The notes below the pieces were generated by a model, which saw only the letters and a program-made list of their open reading frames with translations, was not told where the DNA came from and did not search any database. From assembly GCA_043824255.1 (NCBI GenBank), contig JBDRTG010000047.1:1-64000 (forward strand): 64,000 bases of DNA. Reading direction: 5' to 3'. Every line of letters starts with the position of its first letter. Position 1 is the first letter of the stretch. The DNA comes from a bacterium. Lineage in GTDB: Bacteria > JAHJDO01. Both the position numbers and the translations under genes were made by a program. Below, piece by piece: positions 21,574 through 30,234 of this stretch.

Positions 21574-22485
21574 TTATTGTCCTTTTTTTGCAGTTGCTTT
21601 CTTGCTTGTCTGAGTTGCCTTTTTTTCTCCAGAGTCCTTTGCTTTTTGTTTTAATCTACTTTCTTGTTCTTTGCTGGATTCTTTTTTAACCTGTTTCACT
21701 TTTTCTTTCTTTTCTTTAGTCTTCTCCTCAAAAATATCCTTTTTCTCTTTTCCTATTGTTCCCTCTTTCTTTTTATCTGTCCTTTCCTTTTTCTCTTCAG
21801 GAATTTTCTTCTTCCCTTCAATGATTGCATCAGCCATTCTTGTGGTCAATACTGTGATTGACTTAACAGCATCATCATTACCAGGAATAGAATAGGTTAT
21901 TCTATCAGGATCACAATTCGTATCAACAATTGCAACCACAGGAATGCCTAACTTATTTGCCTCTAGAACGGCAATCTTTTCCTTTTGTGTGTCCACTATA
22001 AATAATGCACCTGGGAATTTAGTCATTGTCTTAATTCCCCTAAGATATTTATTAAGCTTATCTTTTTCTTTATTTAATCTGATAACTTCTTTCTTAGGTC
22101 GTGAGTCAAATTCCCCTTTTTCCTCCATTTGTTCAATTTCAAGCAATCGACTTATGCTCTTGCAGATCGTCTGAAAGTTTGTAAGCGTGCCCCCCAACCA
22201 TCGTTGATTTACATAATACATTTCACATCTTGTTGCTTGCTCAGCAATAGCTATCTGGGCCTGCCTCTTTGTACCGACAAATAAAACAGATCCTCCCTGC
22301 GCAGCTAAATTAACTAAGAATTCATATGCTTTCTCTATCTTTTGAACAGTTCTTTCAAGATTTATAATATGCAGACCTCTTTTCTGCCCAAAAATAAATT
22401 CTTCCATTTTTGGATTCCATCTATGTGTTTGGTGTCCAAAATGAACCCCTGCCTCTAAGAGGTCTTTGACTGGAATAGTTGACAT
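21574..22485 (-). CDS. rpsB: 30S ribosomal protein S2 with a Lys/Glu-rich C-terminal tail
   Basis: Motifs [26 protein letters not shown] and DTNCDP. Start placed at MSTIPV (22485) after AAGGAG. Confidence 0.97.
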   Translation of the reverse strand: MSTIPVKDLLEAGVHFGHQTHRWNPKMEEFIFGQKRGLHIINLERTVQKIEKAYEFLVNLAAQGGSVLFVGTKRQAQIAIAEQATRCEMYYVNQRWLGGTLTNFQTICKSISRLLEIEQMEEKGEFDSRPKKEVIRLNKEKDKLNKYLRGIKTMTKFPGALFIVDTQKEKIAVLEANKLGIPVVAIVDTNCDPDRITYSIPGNDDAVKSITVLTTRMADAIIEGKKKIPEEKKERTDKKKEGTIGKEKKDIFEEKTKEKKEKVKQVKKESSKEQESRLKQKAKDSGEKKATQTSKKATAKKGQ

Positions 22486-22604
22486 GCCTTTCTCCTTCTT
22501 TTGGTTTTCTCCTCCACCCTTATCGCTTCCCACCAAAACGCCCTGAAGAAGGCGCACCATTGGTTGAGATCAAAAGATGTGTGCTTTTACAACTTTAGTT
22601 TCCG

Positions 22605-22634
22605 ATGTTATCACAAAGTTTCTTGTATTGGCAA
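22605..22634 (-). promoter_or_regulatory. Putative rpsB-tsf promoter (extended -10)
   Basis: TTGCCA, 18 nt, TAACAT, with TGTG immediately upstream of the -10; a ~110-nt leader follows. Confidence 0.55.
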
Positions 22635-22665
22635 GCAGAATGTAATACACATATGATGATGTCTT

Positions 22666-23184
22666 CTATTTTTCCCACTTCTCATACATTACTATCTCAT
22701 TTAAATCCAGCCTGTTCTTGCCCCCTTCATACACCTGTTGAGGGTAACCTAGAGTCAATAGCTCAACTACTCTTATTTCTTCAGGGATGTTTAGAATTTT
22801 CTTAACTTCATTCTCATCAAATGCTCCTACCCAGCATGTGCCTAATCCCTCTTCAGTTGCCTTTAATGTTATATGATCAATAGCAATAGCTACATCAATA
22901 GGATAACATGGTTGCCCACAAGCCATGATGTGATTGTCCGATTTTGCACAGCAGGCTATAACTACAGGAGCCTGACCTACAAAACTCTGTCCTTTAGCTG
23001 CAGCCATGAGCTTCTGACGTGCAGAAAATTCTCTGACCACAATAAATCTCCACTCCTGCCTATTACTTGCAGAAGGAGCAAGTCTTGCTGCTTCTAGCAG
23101 AAGATCTAATTTCTCTTGTTCAACTTCCTTAGACTGGTAACTACGAACACTTCTCCTCTTCCTTATAATTTCCATTATTTCCAT
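22666..23184 (-). CDS. Nitroreductase family protein
   Basis: Motifs RRSVRSY, APSASNRQEW, GLGTCWVG and LGYP. Confidence 0.93.
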   Translation of the reverse strand: MEIMEIIRKRRSVRSYQSKEVEQEKLDLLLEAARLAPSASNRQEWRFIVVREFSARQKLMAAAKGQSFVGQAPVVIACCAKSDNHIMACGQPCYPIDVAIAIDHITLKATEEGLGTCWVGAFDENEVKKILNIPEEIRVVELLTLGYPQQVYEGGKNRLDLNEIVMYEKWEK

Positions 23185-23185
23185 A

Positions 23186-23725
23186 TCACACCTCGCTTTT
23201 TATGTTACAAAATTTACTGAGCACCTTATATTTTATGCGCGCAGATTTCACTTTTTTAATAAAGGTTCTGGTCTCCTCAAATGGAATTTCTTTTTTCTGT
23301 TTTTGCCATTTTTTAATATTCCCTATCCCTCCATTATAAGCTCCCAGAGATAAGTCAATATCATTATTAAATTCCTGCAATAATTTCTTCAAATAGTATG
23401 TGCCGATTTTGATATTAATTTCAGGGTTATATAAGGAATTCTTATTGTATTTTTTTATGTTCAGTTCACGTGATAGAGATTTCGCTGTTTTTGGCATAAT
23501 CTGCATTAAACCTATTGCACCAGCTTTGGACACTGCTTTGGCATCAAACTTGCTCTCTATTTCTATAACTGCCATTATGAGATCTGGATCCATACTGTAT
23601 TTTTGAGCAGATTTATACACTATTGGTATACACTTTATAGGACCCACTGATATTATTATAAGCCAAAGTATTATGCCTGCAATTGGTAAGAATACTGCGT
23701 ATCTTAATACAGATTTATAATTCAT
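23186..23725 (-). CDS. Lytic transglycosylase (SLT domain)
   Basis: Motifs AVIEIES, GAIGLMQIMP, AYNGG and ET..F; N-terminal TM segment. Confidence 0.92.
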   Translation of the reverse strand: MNYKSVLRYAVFLPIAGIILWLIIISVGPIKCIPIVYKSAQKYSMDPDLIMAVIEIESKFDAKAVSKAGAIGLMQIMPKTAKSLSRELNIKKYNKNSLYNPEINIKIGTYYLKKLLQEFNNDIDLSLGAYNGGIGNIKKWQKQKKEIPFEETRTFIKKVKSARIKYKVLSKFCNIKSEV

Positions 23726-24617
23726 TTCTCAAAAGAAGGTTTAAGATGGCCTTCTGAACATGCAGCCTGTTTTCTGCTTCATCGAATACAATTGCATTAG
23801 GGCTGTCTATTACTTCATCTGTTATCTCTTCCCCTCTATGTGCAGGCAGGCAGTGCATAATTAACACATCGGAACTTGCATTTGAGAGGAGCTTTTTATT
23901 TATCTGAAATGCCTGAAACATAGTTTTTCTATCTGCTTTTTCTGATTCCTGCCCCATGCTTACCCACACATCAGTATAAACAATATCAGAATCCTTGACT
24001 GCATCTTCCGGGTTGTGTGTAATAAATAGCTCTTTAGTTATCATCTCTTTGGAAGGTTCATATCCTTCTGGACATGCGATTTTAAGTATTATACCCGTTT
24101 TCTCAGCACCATATATCCATGAATTGCAGATATTATTCCCATCACCTATATAAGCAACTTTAATGCCATCTAATCCGCCTTTTTTCTCAAGTATAGTGAA
24201 CATATCAGTAAGTATCTGACATGGATGCAACAGGTCAGTAAGCGCATTAATTACAGGAATATTTGCAAACTTTGCCAGATCAGTGACATTTTGATGTGAA
24301 AAAGTGCGCACAACAATGCCATCTACCCAGCGCTCGAGATTTTTGGCTACGTCCTGAACCGATTCTCTGTCTCCTATCTTTTCTCCTATCAAGCGCTCAT
24401 AAACTGCATGCCCTCCAAGCTGATACATGCCTACTTCAAAGGTCATTCTTGTTCTAAGAGAGGGTTTTTCAAAGAGCATGGCTATGGTCTTTCCAGCCAG
24501 TAAGTGATTATGGCTTTTACCCTGCTTTTGTTCTTTCTTTAATTGCGTTGCAAGGTCAAAAATTTTATAAATCTCTTGTTCTGATAAGTCCTTTATTGAT
24601 ATCAAATCTTTTTTCAT
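23715..24617 (-). CDS. argF: Ornithine carbamoyltransferase
   Basis: Motifs FEKPSLRT, HPCQ, TDVWVSMG and HCLP. Confidence 0.97.
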   Translation of the reverse strand: MKKDLISIKDLSEQEIYKIFDLATQLKKEQKQGKSHNHLLAGKTIAMLFEKPSLRTRMTFEVGMYQLGGHAVYERLIGEKIGDRESVQDVAKNLERWVDGIVVRTFSHQNVTDLAKFANIPVINALTDLLHPCQILTDMFTILEKKGGLDGIKVAYIGDGNNICNSWIYGAEKTGIILKIACPEGYEPSKEMITKELFITHNPEDAVKDSDIVYTDVWVSMGQESEKADRKTMFQAFQINKKLLSNASSDVLIMHCLPAHRGEEITDEVIDSPNAIVFDEAENRLHVQKAILNLLLRNEL

Positions 24618-25795
24618 AGGTAATCTCCAAGAATTTTATTCAGTATATTCACAGCTTTATCAATCTCTTTTTCAGGCACGGTGAGCGGAGGCAGAAAACG
24701 CAGGACATTACTTGAGGTGCAGTTTATCAAAAGCCCTGCTTTTTGGCATTTTTCAACAATCTCCTTACATTCAAAGTCCAGTTCAACTCCAATCATCAAG
24801 CTAATGCCACGAATTTCCCTGATAAAGGGATATTTCTTTTTGAGCACTTCAAGTTTATTTTTGAAGCGAGCACCCATTTTCCAAGCATGTTGTGATAAGT
24901 TATTTCTAAGTATTATTTTTAGAGTTGTTAACGCAGCAGTGCAGCAGAGAGGATTACCGCCAAATGTTGATGCATGATCTCCTGGCCCAAAGCCTGAACT
25001 GGTTTTATCTTTTGCAATCAACGCTCCAATAGGTAGTCCGCTTCCTAAACTCTTTGCCAGTGTTATTATATCCGGTTCTACATTATAGTGTTCATAAGCG
25101 AATAGTTTTCCTGTTCTTCCAAGACCGCATTGGACTTCATCAAATATTAAAAGAATTTTTTTTCTGTCACAAAGCTTTCTTAACGCAGTTATAAAATCTT
25201 TTTCTGCTATATGAATACCACTCTCTCCCTGAACAGGCTCAATCATAATTGCGCAAGTTTTATCGCTGATACATTTCTTAATGCTTGCTATATCATTAAA
25301 GACAGCACGTTTAAATCCACCTGGCAAGGGCTCAATACCTTTCTGATACTTCGCATTATCTGTTGCTGTAATAGTTGCTAAAGTTCTTCCGTGAAAGGAT
25401 CCAGTCATTGTAATTATTTCGAATTTATCTGGTTTTGTTGATTTTCTTGCAAGCTTTATAGCAGCTTCATTTGCTTCTGCTCCGCTATTACAGAAGAAGC
25501 ACTTGCCCTTAAAAGAGTGTTTAATGAGCAATTCTGCAAGTTCTGCCTGTTGTTTAATATGATAGAGATTTGATACATGAATCAATGTGGAAATTTGTTT
25601 TTTAATAGCTTCCACAATTTCAGGATGGCAATGTCCTAATGCATTAACCGCAATCCCCGAAAGAAAGTCCAGATACTTTTTCCCGTCAGCATCCCAGACA
25701 TACATCCCTTTCCCTTTTACAAGTGCAATGGAACGCTCACCATATGTGTTTATTATGTATCTTTTACTTAACTTTATAATTTCAGCAGTCTTCAT
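24614..25795 (-). CDS. argD: Acetylornithine aminotransferase
   Basis: Motifs NSGAEANE, FHGRT, DEVQCG.GRTG, AKSLG and STFGGNP; arg operon context. Confidence 0.94.
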   Translation of the reverse strand: MKTAEIIKLSKRYIINTYGERSIALVKGKGMYVWDADGKKYLDFLSGIAVNALGHCHPEIVEAIKKQISTLIHVSNLYHIKQQAELAELLIKHSFKGKCFFCNSGAEANEAAIKLARKSTKPDKFEIITMTGSFHGRTLATITATDNAKYQKGIEPLPGGFKRAVFNDIASIKKCISDKTCAIMIEPVQGESGIHIAEKDFITALRKLCDRKKILLIFDEVQCGLGRTGKLFAYEHYNVEPDIITLAKSLGSGLPIGALIAKDKTSSGFGPGDHASTFGGNPLCCTAALTTLKIILRNNLSQHAWKMGARFKNKLEVLKKKYPFIREIRGISLMIGVELDFECKEIVEKCQKAGLLINCTSSNVLRFLPPLTVPEKEIDKAVNILNKILGDYL

Positions 25796-25798
25796 AAT

Positions 25799-25833
25799 AA
25801 TTAAAAATTTAAAATTAGAAATTAAGAATTAGT
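25799..25833. repeat. Five tandem heptamers (AATTnnn) in the argB-argD spacer
   Basis: AATTAAA AATTTAA AATTAGA AATTAAG AATTAGT. Confidence 0.6.
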
Positions 25834-26689
25834 TTTCTATGAGTTCTGTTCCTATGCCTTTATCAGTAAATATTTCCAACAATAAAGAGTGCAGGATTCT
25901 TCCGTCAATGATATGAGACTTTTTAACGCCTGCTTTCAGTGCTTTCTCGCATGCATGTATTTTTGGTATCATTCCTCCTGTAACTACACCTCTTTTTTTA
26001 AGGACCTTGATTTCAGATACCTTAAGTGTAGACATTATTGACTCCGCATCAGATTTATCTTTTAATATGCCGGGAACGTCTGTTAATAAAACCAGTTTTT
26101 CAGCTCTAAGTGCTGCTGCAATTTCTGAGGCAGCAGTATCAGCATTTATATTGTAGGTTTCTCCATTTTTACCAAGTCCAAGAGGCGCTATTACAGGAAT
26201 AATGCCCTGATTACAGAGCTCATCCAATTTTTCAGGCTGTATCTTGATGATTTGTCCTACAAATCCCAGACCCATATTTGCTTCAAGTTTAGTTGCCATA
26301 ATAAGAGATTCAGATTTTCCATTAATGCCAAGAGCGTTCCCTCCTGATTCGTTGATCAGAGAGACAATCTCTTTATTTACCTTCTCAACAAGCACTTGCT
26401 CTACAACTTGAATTGTTTCTTTATCAGTAACACGCAATCCATCCACAAATTGAGATTTCTTTCCCATTTTCTTAAGTGCTTCAGTTATAGCATTCCCACC
26501 GCCGTGAATAATAATCGGGTTCATTCCAACATACTTCATAAACACAATATCCTGCATAACGGCTTTTTTAATTTCTTCATGCTCCATTGCGCTTCCGCCA
26601 TATTTTATCACTATTTTTTTCCCGTGGAACTTTTTGATATATGGCAGTGCTTCTATGAGCACTTTTGCTTTTTCAATCAGCTTTTCCAT
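25829..26689 (-). CDS. argB: Acetylglutamate kinase
   Basis: Motifs EALPYI, KYGGSAM, HGGG, NINAD and GGMIPK. Confidence 0.97.
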   Translation of the reverse strand: MEKLIEKAKVLIEALPYIKKFHGKKIVIKYGGSAMEHEEIKKAVMQDIVFMKYVGMNPIIIHGGGNAITEALKKMGKKSQFVDGLRVTDKETIQVVEQVLVEKVNKEIVSLINESGGNALGINGKSESLIMATKLEANMGLGFVGQIIKIQPEKLDELCNQGIIPVIAPLGLGKNGETYNINADTAASEIAAALRAEKLVLLTDVPGILKDKSDAESIMSTLKVSEIKVLKKRGVVTGGMIPKIHACEKALKAGVKKSHIIDGRILHSLLLEIFTDKGIGTELIEN

Positions 26690-26704
26690 AATTAATTCAA
26701 TTTC

Positions 26705-27913
26705 TCATGTGTGGTAATGCGTATTTATTTTTACATATTCTTCTGACATATCACAAGTATACGCGGTTGAACTGTGACCACCAATGTTTAAATTGATTGT
26801 TATTGTAATTTCTTTTTCTTTCAAGATATTATGTAGTCTTTCTTGAGAGAAGTTTGTGCTTATACTATTGTGAACTATTGGTTCAGAGTTAATTGCAATA
26901 TCAATTTTCCCGGGCTTAATCTTTATGCGCGCTGCGCCTAAACTGGAGAGGATTCTTCCCCAGTTGGGGTCGCATCCATTAAGGGCTGTTTTTACCAGAT
27001 TGGAATTAGCTACTGCTTTAGCTGCGCGTCTAGCATCCTTTATGTTTCTTGCGCCTTTAATCTGTATCTCAACTAGTTTTGTTGCGCCTTCACCATCAGC
27101 AGCAATCTTTTTTGTAAGATATGTGCATACATAATTTAGTGCATCAGTAAATTTCTTATATTCAGGTGTATTGAATTTAATTCTTTTATTTCTTGAGGTA
27201 CCATTTGCCATAATAATAACTGTGTCATTAGGGCTCATATCTCCATCTATACTCAGCATATTAAATGTAGTGTTCACGCATTCTCTCAAAGATGTAAACA
27301 ATTCTTCATATTCTATGCAGGCATCTGTTGTTATAAATGCGAGCAAGGTAGCCATATTAGGAGCAATCATTCCTGAGCCCTTGGCAATTGCGCCAATTCT
27401 TATATTGTCCTCTGTCCTGCCTTTAATCCCTGTATCTACAGCCACTTCTTTTATAGTAGTGTCGGTTGTAAGAATAGCTTCAGCAGCATCTCTAGAACCA
27501 TTCAAAACAAGTTTGCTAGAGATATCTTTAATACCTTTTTTAATTTTATTCATGGGGAGAGGCACTCCAATTATACCAGTAGATGCTACAAGTACACCTT
27601 GCTTATCTATATCCAGGCATTTTGCAGTGTATTCAGACATTCCCGAAGCATTATCTTTTCCTTTAACACCATTGCATGCGTTGGCATTACCGCTATTAAT
27701 TATAATTGCCTGAGATTCTTTTCTGCGCAGTCTTTTTAAATCAAGCAAAACATGAGCGGATTTAACCTGATTTGTTGTAAACAAACCTGCAGTTACTGCA
27801 GGTTTGTCTGAAAATATAAGAGCTAGGTCCTTTTTATACGATTTTATTCCACAATGTACACCTGCCGCTCCAAATCCATGAGGAGCTGTAATGCCGCCTT
27901 TTATTATCTTCAC
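26705..27913 (-). CDS. argJ: Bifunctional ornithine acetyltransferase
   Basis: Motifs NSGNANA, STG.IG, KGSGMIAPNMAT (autocleavage site), DGEGATK and PNWGR. Confidence 0.96.
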   Translation of the reverse strand: MKIIKGGITAPHGFGAAGVHCGIKSYKKDLALIFSDKPAVTAGLFTTNQVKSAHVLLDLKRLRRKESQAIIINSGNANACNGVKGKDNASGMSEYTAKCLDIDKQGVLVASTGIIGVPLPMNKIKKGIKDISSKLVLNGSRDAAEAILTTDTTIKEVAVDTGIKGRTEDNIRIGAIAKGSGMIAPNMATLLAFITTDACIEYEELFTSLRECVNTTFNMLSIDGDMSPNDTVIIMANGTSRNKRIKFNTPEYKKFTDALNYVCTYLTKKIAADGEGATKLVEIQIKGARNIKDARRAAKAVANSNLVKTALNGCDPNWGRILSSLGAARIKIKPGKIDIAINSEPIVHNSISTNFSQERLHNILKEKEITITINLNIGGHSSTAYTCDMSEEYVKINTHYHT

Positions 27914-27923
27914 AGAATTGCCT

Positions 27924-28973
27924 TTATGGAAACACTGGTATGAGGTTCAGGCCTGCGGTTTCTTCAAGCCCACATACTATATTCATGTTTTGCACAGCCT
28001 GTCCACTGGCGCCTTTTACCAGATTATCAATTGCAGAGATAATGATAATTTGATGTGTCTCTTTGTTTTGAAAGATACCTATGTCACAGTAATTTGAGCC
28101 ATAAACATGTTTTGTTTGAGGAGCTGTGCCTTCAGGCAATATCCGAATAAAAGGGCTCTCTTTATAGAAGTCTTTATATATATCAACCACATTAGCAATA
28201 GCCTTATTATCCTGTACAGAAACATAAGTTGTGCTCAAGATACCGCGTGTTACAGGGATCAAGTGTGGTGCAAAAGTAATTTGTGTAGTCTTTGCTTTAT
28301 GCCCTGTAAGTTCCTGAATCATCTCTGGCAGGTGTCTATGCGTATTTATATTATAAGCAGTGATGTTTTCGTTTACCTCTGAAAATAGACTTTTCAAGCT
28401 CAAGCTTCTTCCTGCTCCAGAAACACCACTTTTCGAATCTATAACGATAGAACCTGTTTTTACCATTTCGCTTGAGATAAGCGGCTTAAGAGCAAGTATT
28501 GCCCCAGTTGGATAACAGCCCGGATTAGCTATAAGCTTTGCCTTCGCAATATTAGTTTTATAGATCTCAGGAAGTCCGTATACTGCTTCCTTGAGCAGTT
28601 CCGGATGGGTATGCTTAGTTCCATACCATTTCCCATATATATCAGCATCTTTAAGGCGAAAATCCGCACTCAAATCAATAACAGTTTTCCCTAGCTTTAG
28701 AAATTGGTCAGTCAGGTCTAAGCCAGAACAGTGTGGAAGCGCCATAAAAATAACATCAGCCTTTCCTGCAACCTGTTCCGGGTTTTTTAGGGTATTACAT
28801 GGCAATGCTATTTGATTATACATATGGGGGAATGCTTCACTAATATTTGATAGAGATTCTCCTTTTCTCGTCAAGGATGTAATCTCCACATCAGGATGAT
28901 TCAATAAGATTCGTATAAGCTCTACACCTGTATAACCAGTTGCACCAACAATTGCTACTTTTATCATATTCAA
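27924..28973 (-). CDS. argC: N-acetyl-gamma-glutamyl-phosphate reductase
   Basis: Motifs GATGYTG, DLSADFR, NPGCYPT, SGVSGAG and DNLVKGASGQA. Confidence 0.97.
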   Translation of the reverse strand: MNMIKVAIVGATGYTGVELIRILLNHPDVEITSLTRKGESLSNISEAFPHMYNQIALPCNTLKNPEQVAGKADVIFMALPHCSGLDLTDQFLKLGKTVIDLSADFRLKDADIYGKWYGTKHTHPELLKEAVYGLPEIYKTNIAKAKLIANPGCYPTGAILALKPLISSEMVKTGSIVIDSKSGVSGAGRSLSLKSLFSEVNENITAYNINTHRHLPEMIQELTGHKAKTTQITFAPHLIPVTRGILSTTYVSVQDNKAIANVVDIYKDFYKESPFIRILPEGTAPQTKHVYGSNYCDIGIFQNKETHQIIIISAIDNLVKGASGQAVQNMNIVCGLEETAGLNLIPVFP

Positions 28974-29035
28974 CCTCTTAATATTTTGGGAGTTTTATTC
29001 TATATATATATGTCTAGCATGTCAATGCAAAGCCT

Positions 29036-29596
29036 TTACCTTATCATGCTTACTATTTGTTTAAATTTGTCCGTACCTGCTTCTCTTAATAACTCAAACA
29101 CTACCATCTCTGTAGAAACGGGAATTGCGCCAGCCTGAGCCATTCTTTCAAAACCAGTTTCTCTATTATTTTTGGTTCTGGATGATATGGCATCCTTAAC
29201 AAAGAAAACAGAATATCCTGATTTTAATCCATCCAATGCAGTTTGCATTATACAAATATGGGATTCTATTCCGCATAATATTAAATTGTTCTTTCCCAGT
29301 CCTTCCAGCTTTTCTGAAAAATCGCTGTTGCCAAAACAGTCAAAGCATATCTTCTCTATTGGCTGCCATGGAATTATTAAATCTTTTATTTCAGGAATGG
29401 TTGAGCCTAATCCTTTGGGATATTGTTCAGTTACTGTAATCGGAATGTTAAGTATTCCGGCAGATTTTATCAATGTAACAGTATTGTCAATAACAGTGTG
29501 CTTGTCGGATATCTTAGGAACAAGTCTTTCCTGTATATCAACAATAACAAGTACGCTGTCCTTATTAGAAATCAGCCTGATATCAGAAGTAGACAT
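29036..29596 (-). CDS. Isochorismatase-family hydrolase
   Basis: Motifs VDIQERL, TEQYPKGLG.T and GIESHIC..QT. Confidence 0.92.
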   Translation of the reverse strand: MSTSDIRLISNKDSVLVIVDIQERLVPKISDKHTVIDNTVTLIKSAGILNIPITVTEQYPKGLGSTIPEIKDLIIPWQPIEKICFDCFGNSDFSEKLEGLGKNNLILCGIESHICIMQTALDGLKSGYSVFFVKDAISSRTKNNRETGFERMAQAGAIPVSTEMVVFELLREAGTDKFKQIVSMIR

Positions 29597-30171
29597 TAAA
29601 ATTTTACTACTGGTACTTCTTTTGCTTTTTCTTCCACCTTGAAATATTCAGCTTTGCTCAACCCTTTTAACCCTGCAAAAAAGCTGCCTGGTATCATACG
29701 AATATGCGCATTAAATTCCTGAACACCTCTGTTATATCTCATCCTTTCAACAGCAATTCTGTTTTCTGTACCTGAAAGCTCGTCCATAAGTCTCGCAAAG
29801 CTCTCATTTGCCTTAAGGTCAGGATACCTTTCCACAATCATTAACAAGCGCGAAAGAGCTGTATTTAGCGCCCCTGCCGCTTGAATTTTTTCCTTGATTG
29901 ACTTATTCTCTTTGATTGCGCCTGCAAGCTTCCCTCTGGCATCAGCAACATAGGTAAAAATTTCTTTTTCGTGCTTTGCATATCCTTTAACTGTGTTTAC
30001 CAGATTAGGTATTAGATCATTTCTTCTCTGCAGCTGGTTTTCAACCTGCGCCCAGGCAGCCTTAACATTTTCATCCATTCTTACAACCTTATTAAGCCCT
30101 CCAATGAAAAAGCCAATAAACCCAACAATTACAACAACAATTATTATCCCTACCAAACATCCTTTTTTCAT
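29596..30171 (-). CDS. lemA: LemA family protein
   Basis: Motifs W..VE.QLQRR.DLIPNLV.TVKGYA.HE, YPDLKAN and TENRIAVER.RYN. Confidence 0.95.
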   Translation of the reverse strand: MKKGCLVGIIIVVVIVGFIGFFIGGLNKVVRMDENVKAAWAQVENQLQRRNDLIPNLVNTVKGYAKHEKEIFTYVADARGKLAGAIKENKSIKEKIQAAGALNTALSRLLMIVERYPDLKANESFARLMDELSGTENRIAVERMRYNRGVQEFNAHIRMIPGSFFAGLKGLSKAEYFKVEEKAKEVPVVKF

Positions 30172-30234
30172 ACATCCCTCCTTTTTTTTGTTTGTGCTTC
30201 CTCCTTATATTTCCAACCTTCTATCCAGATTTCC

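Noticed and set aside
22486..22560. N-terminal extension of rpsB in the ORF track
   Set aside because: This is most likely the 5' leader; the conserved S2 sequence and RBS point to the ATG at 22485. I could not confirm an S2 autoregulatory structure by eye.
29000..29012. (TA)n run upstream of argC as an ARG box or phase-variable tract
   Set aside because: It is short, lies in an AT-rich spacer, and has no convincing TGAAT-N4-ATTCA-like palindrome.
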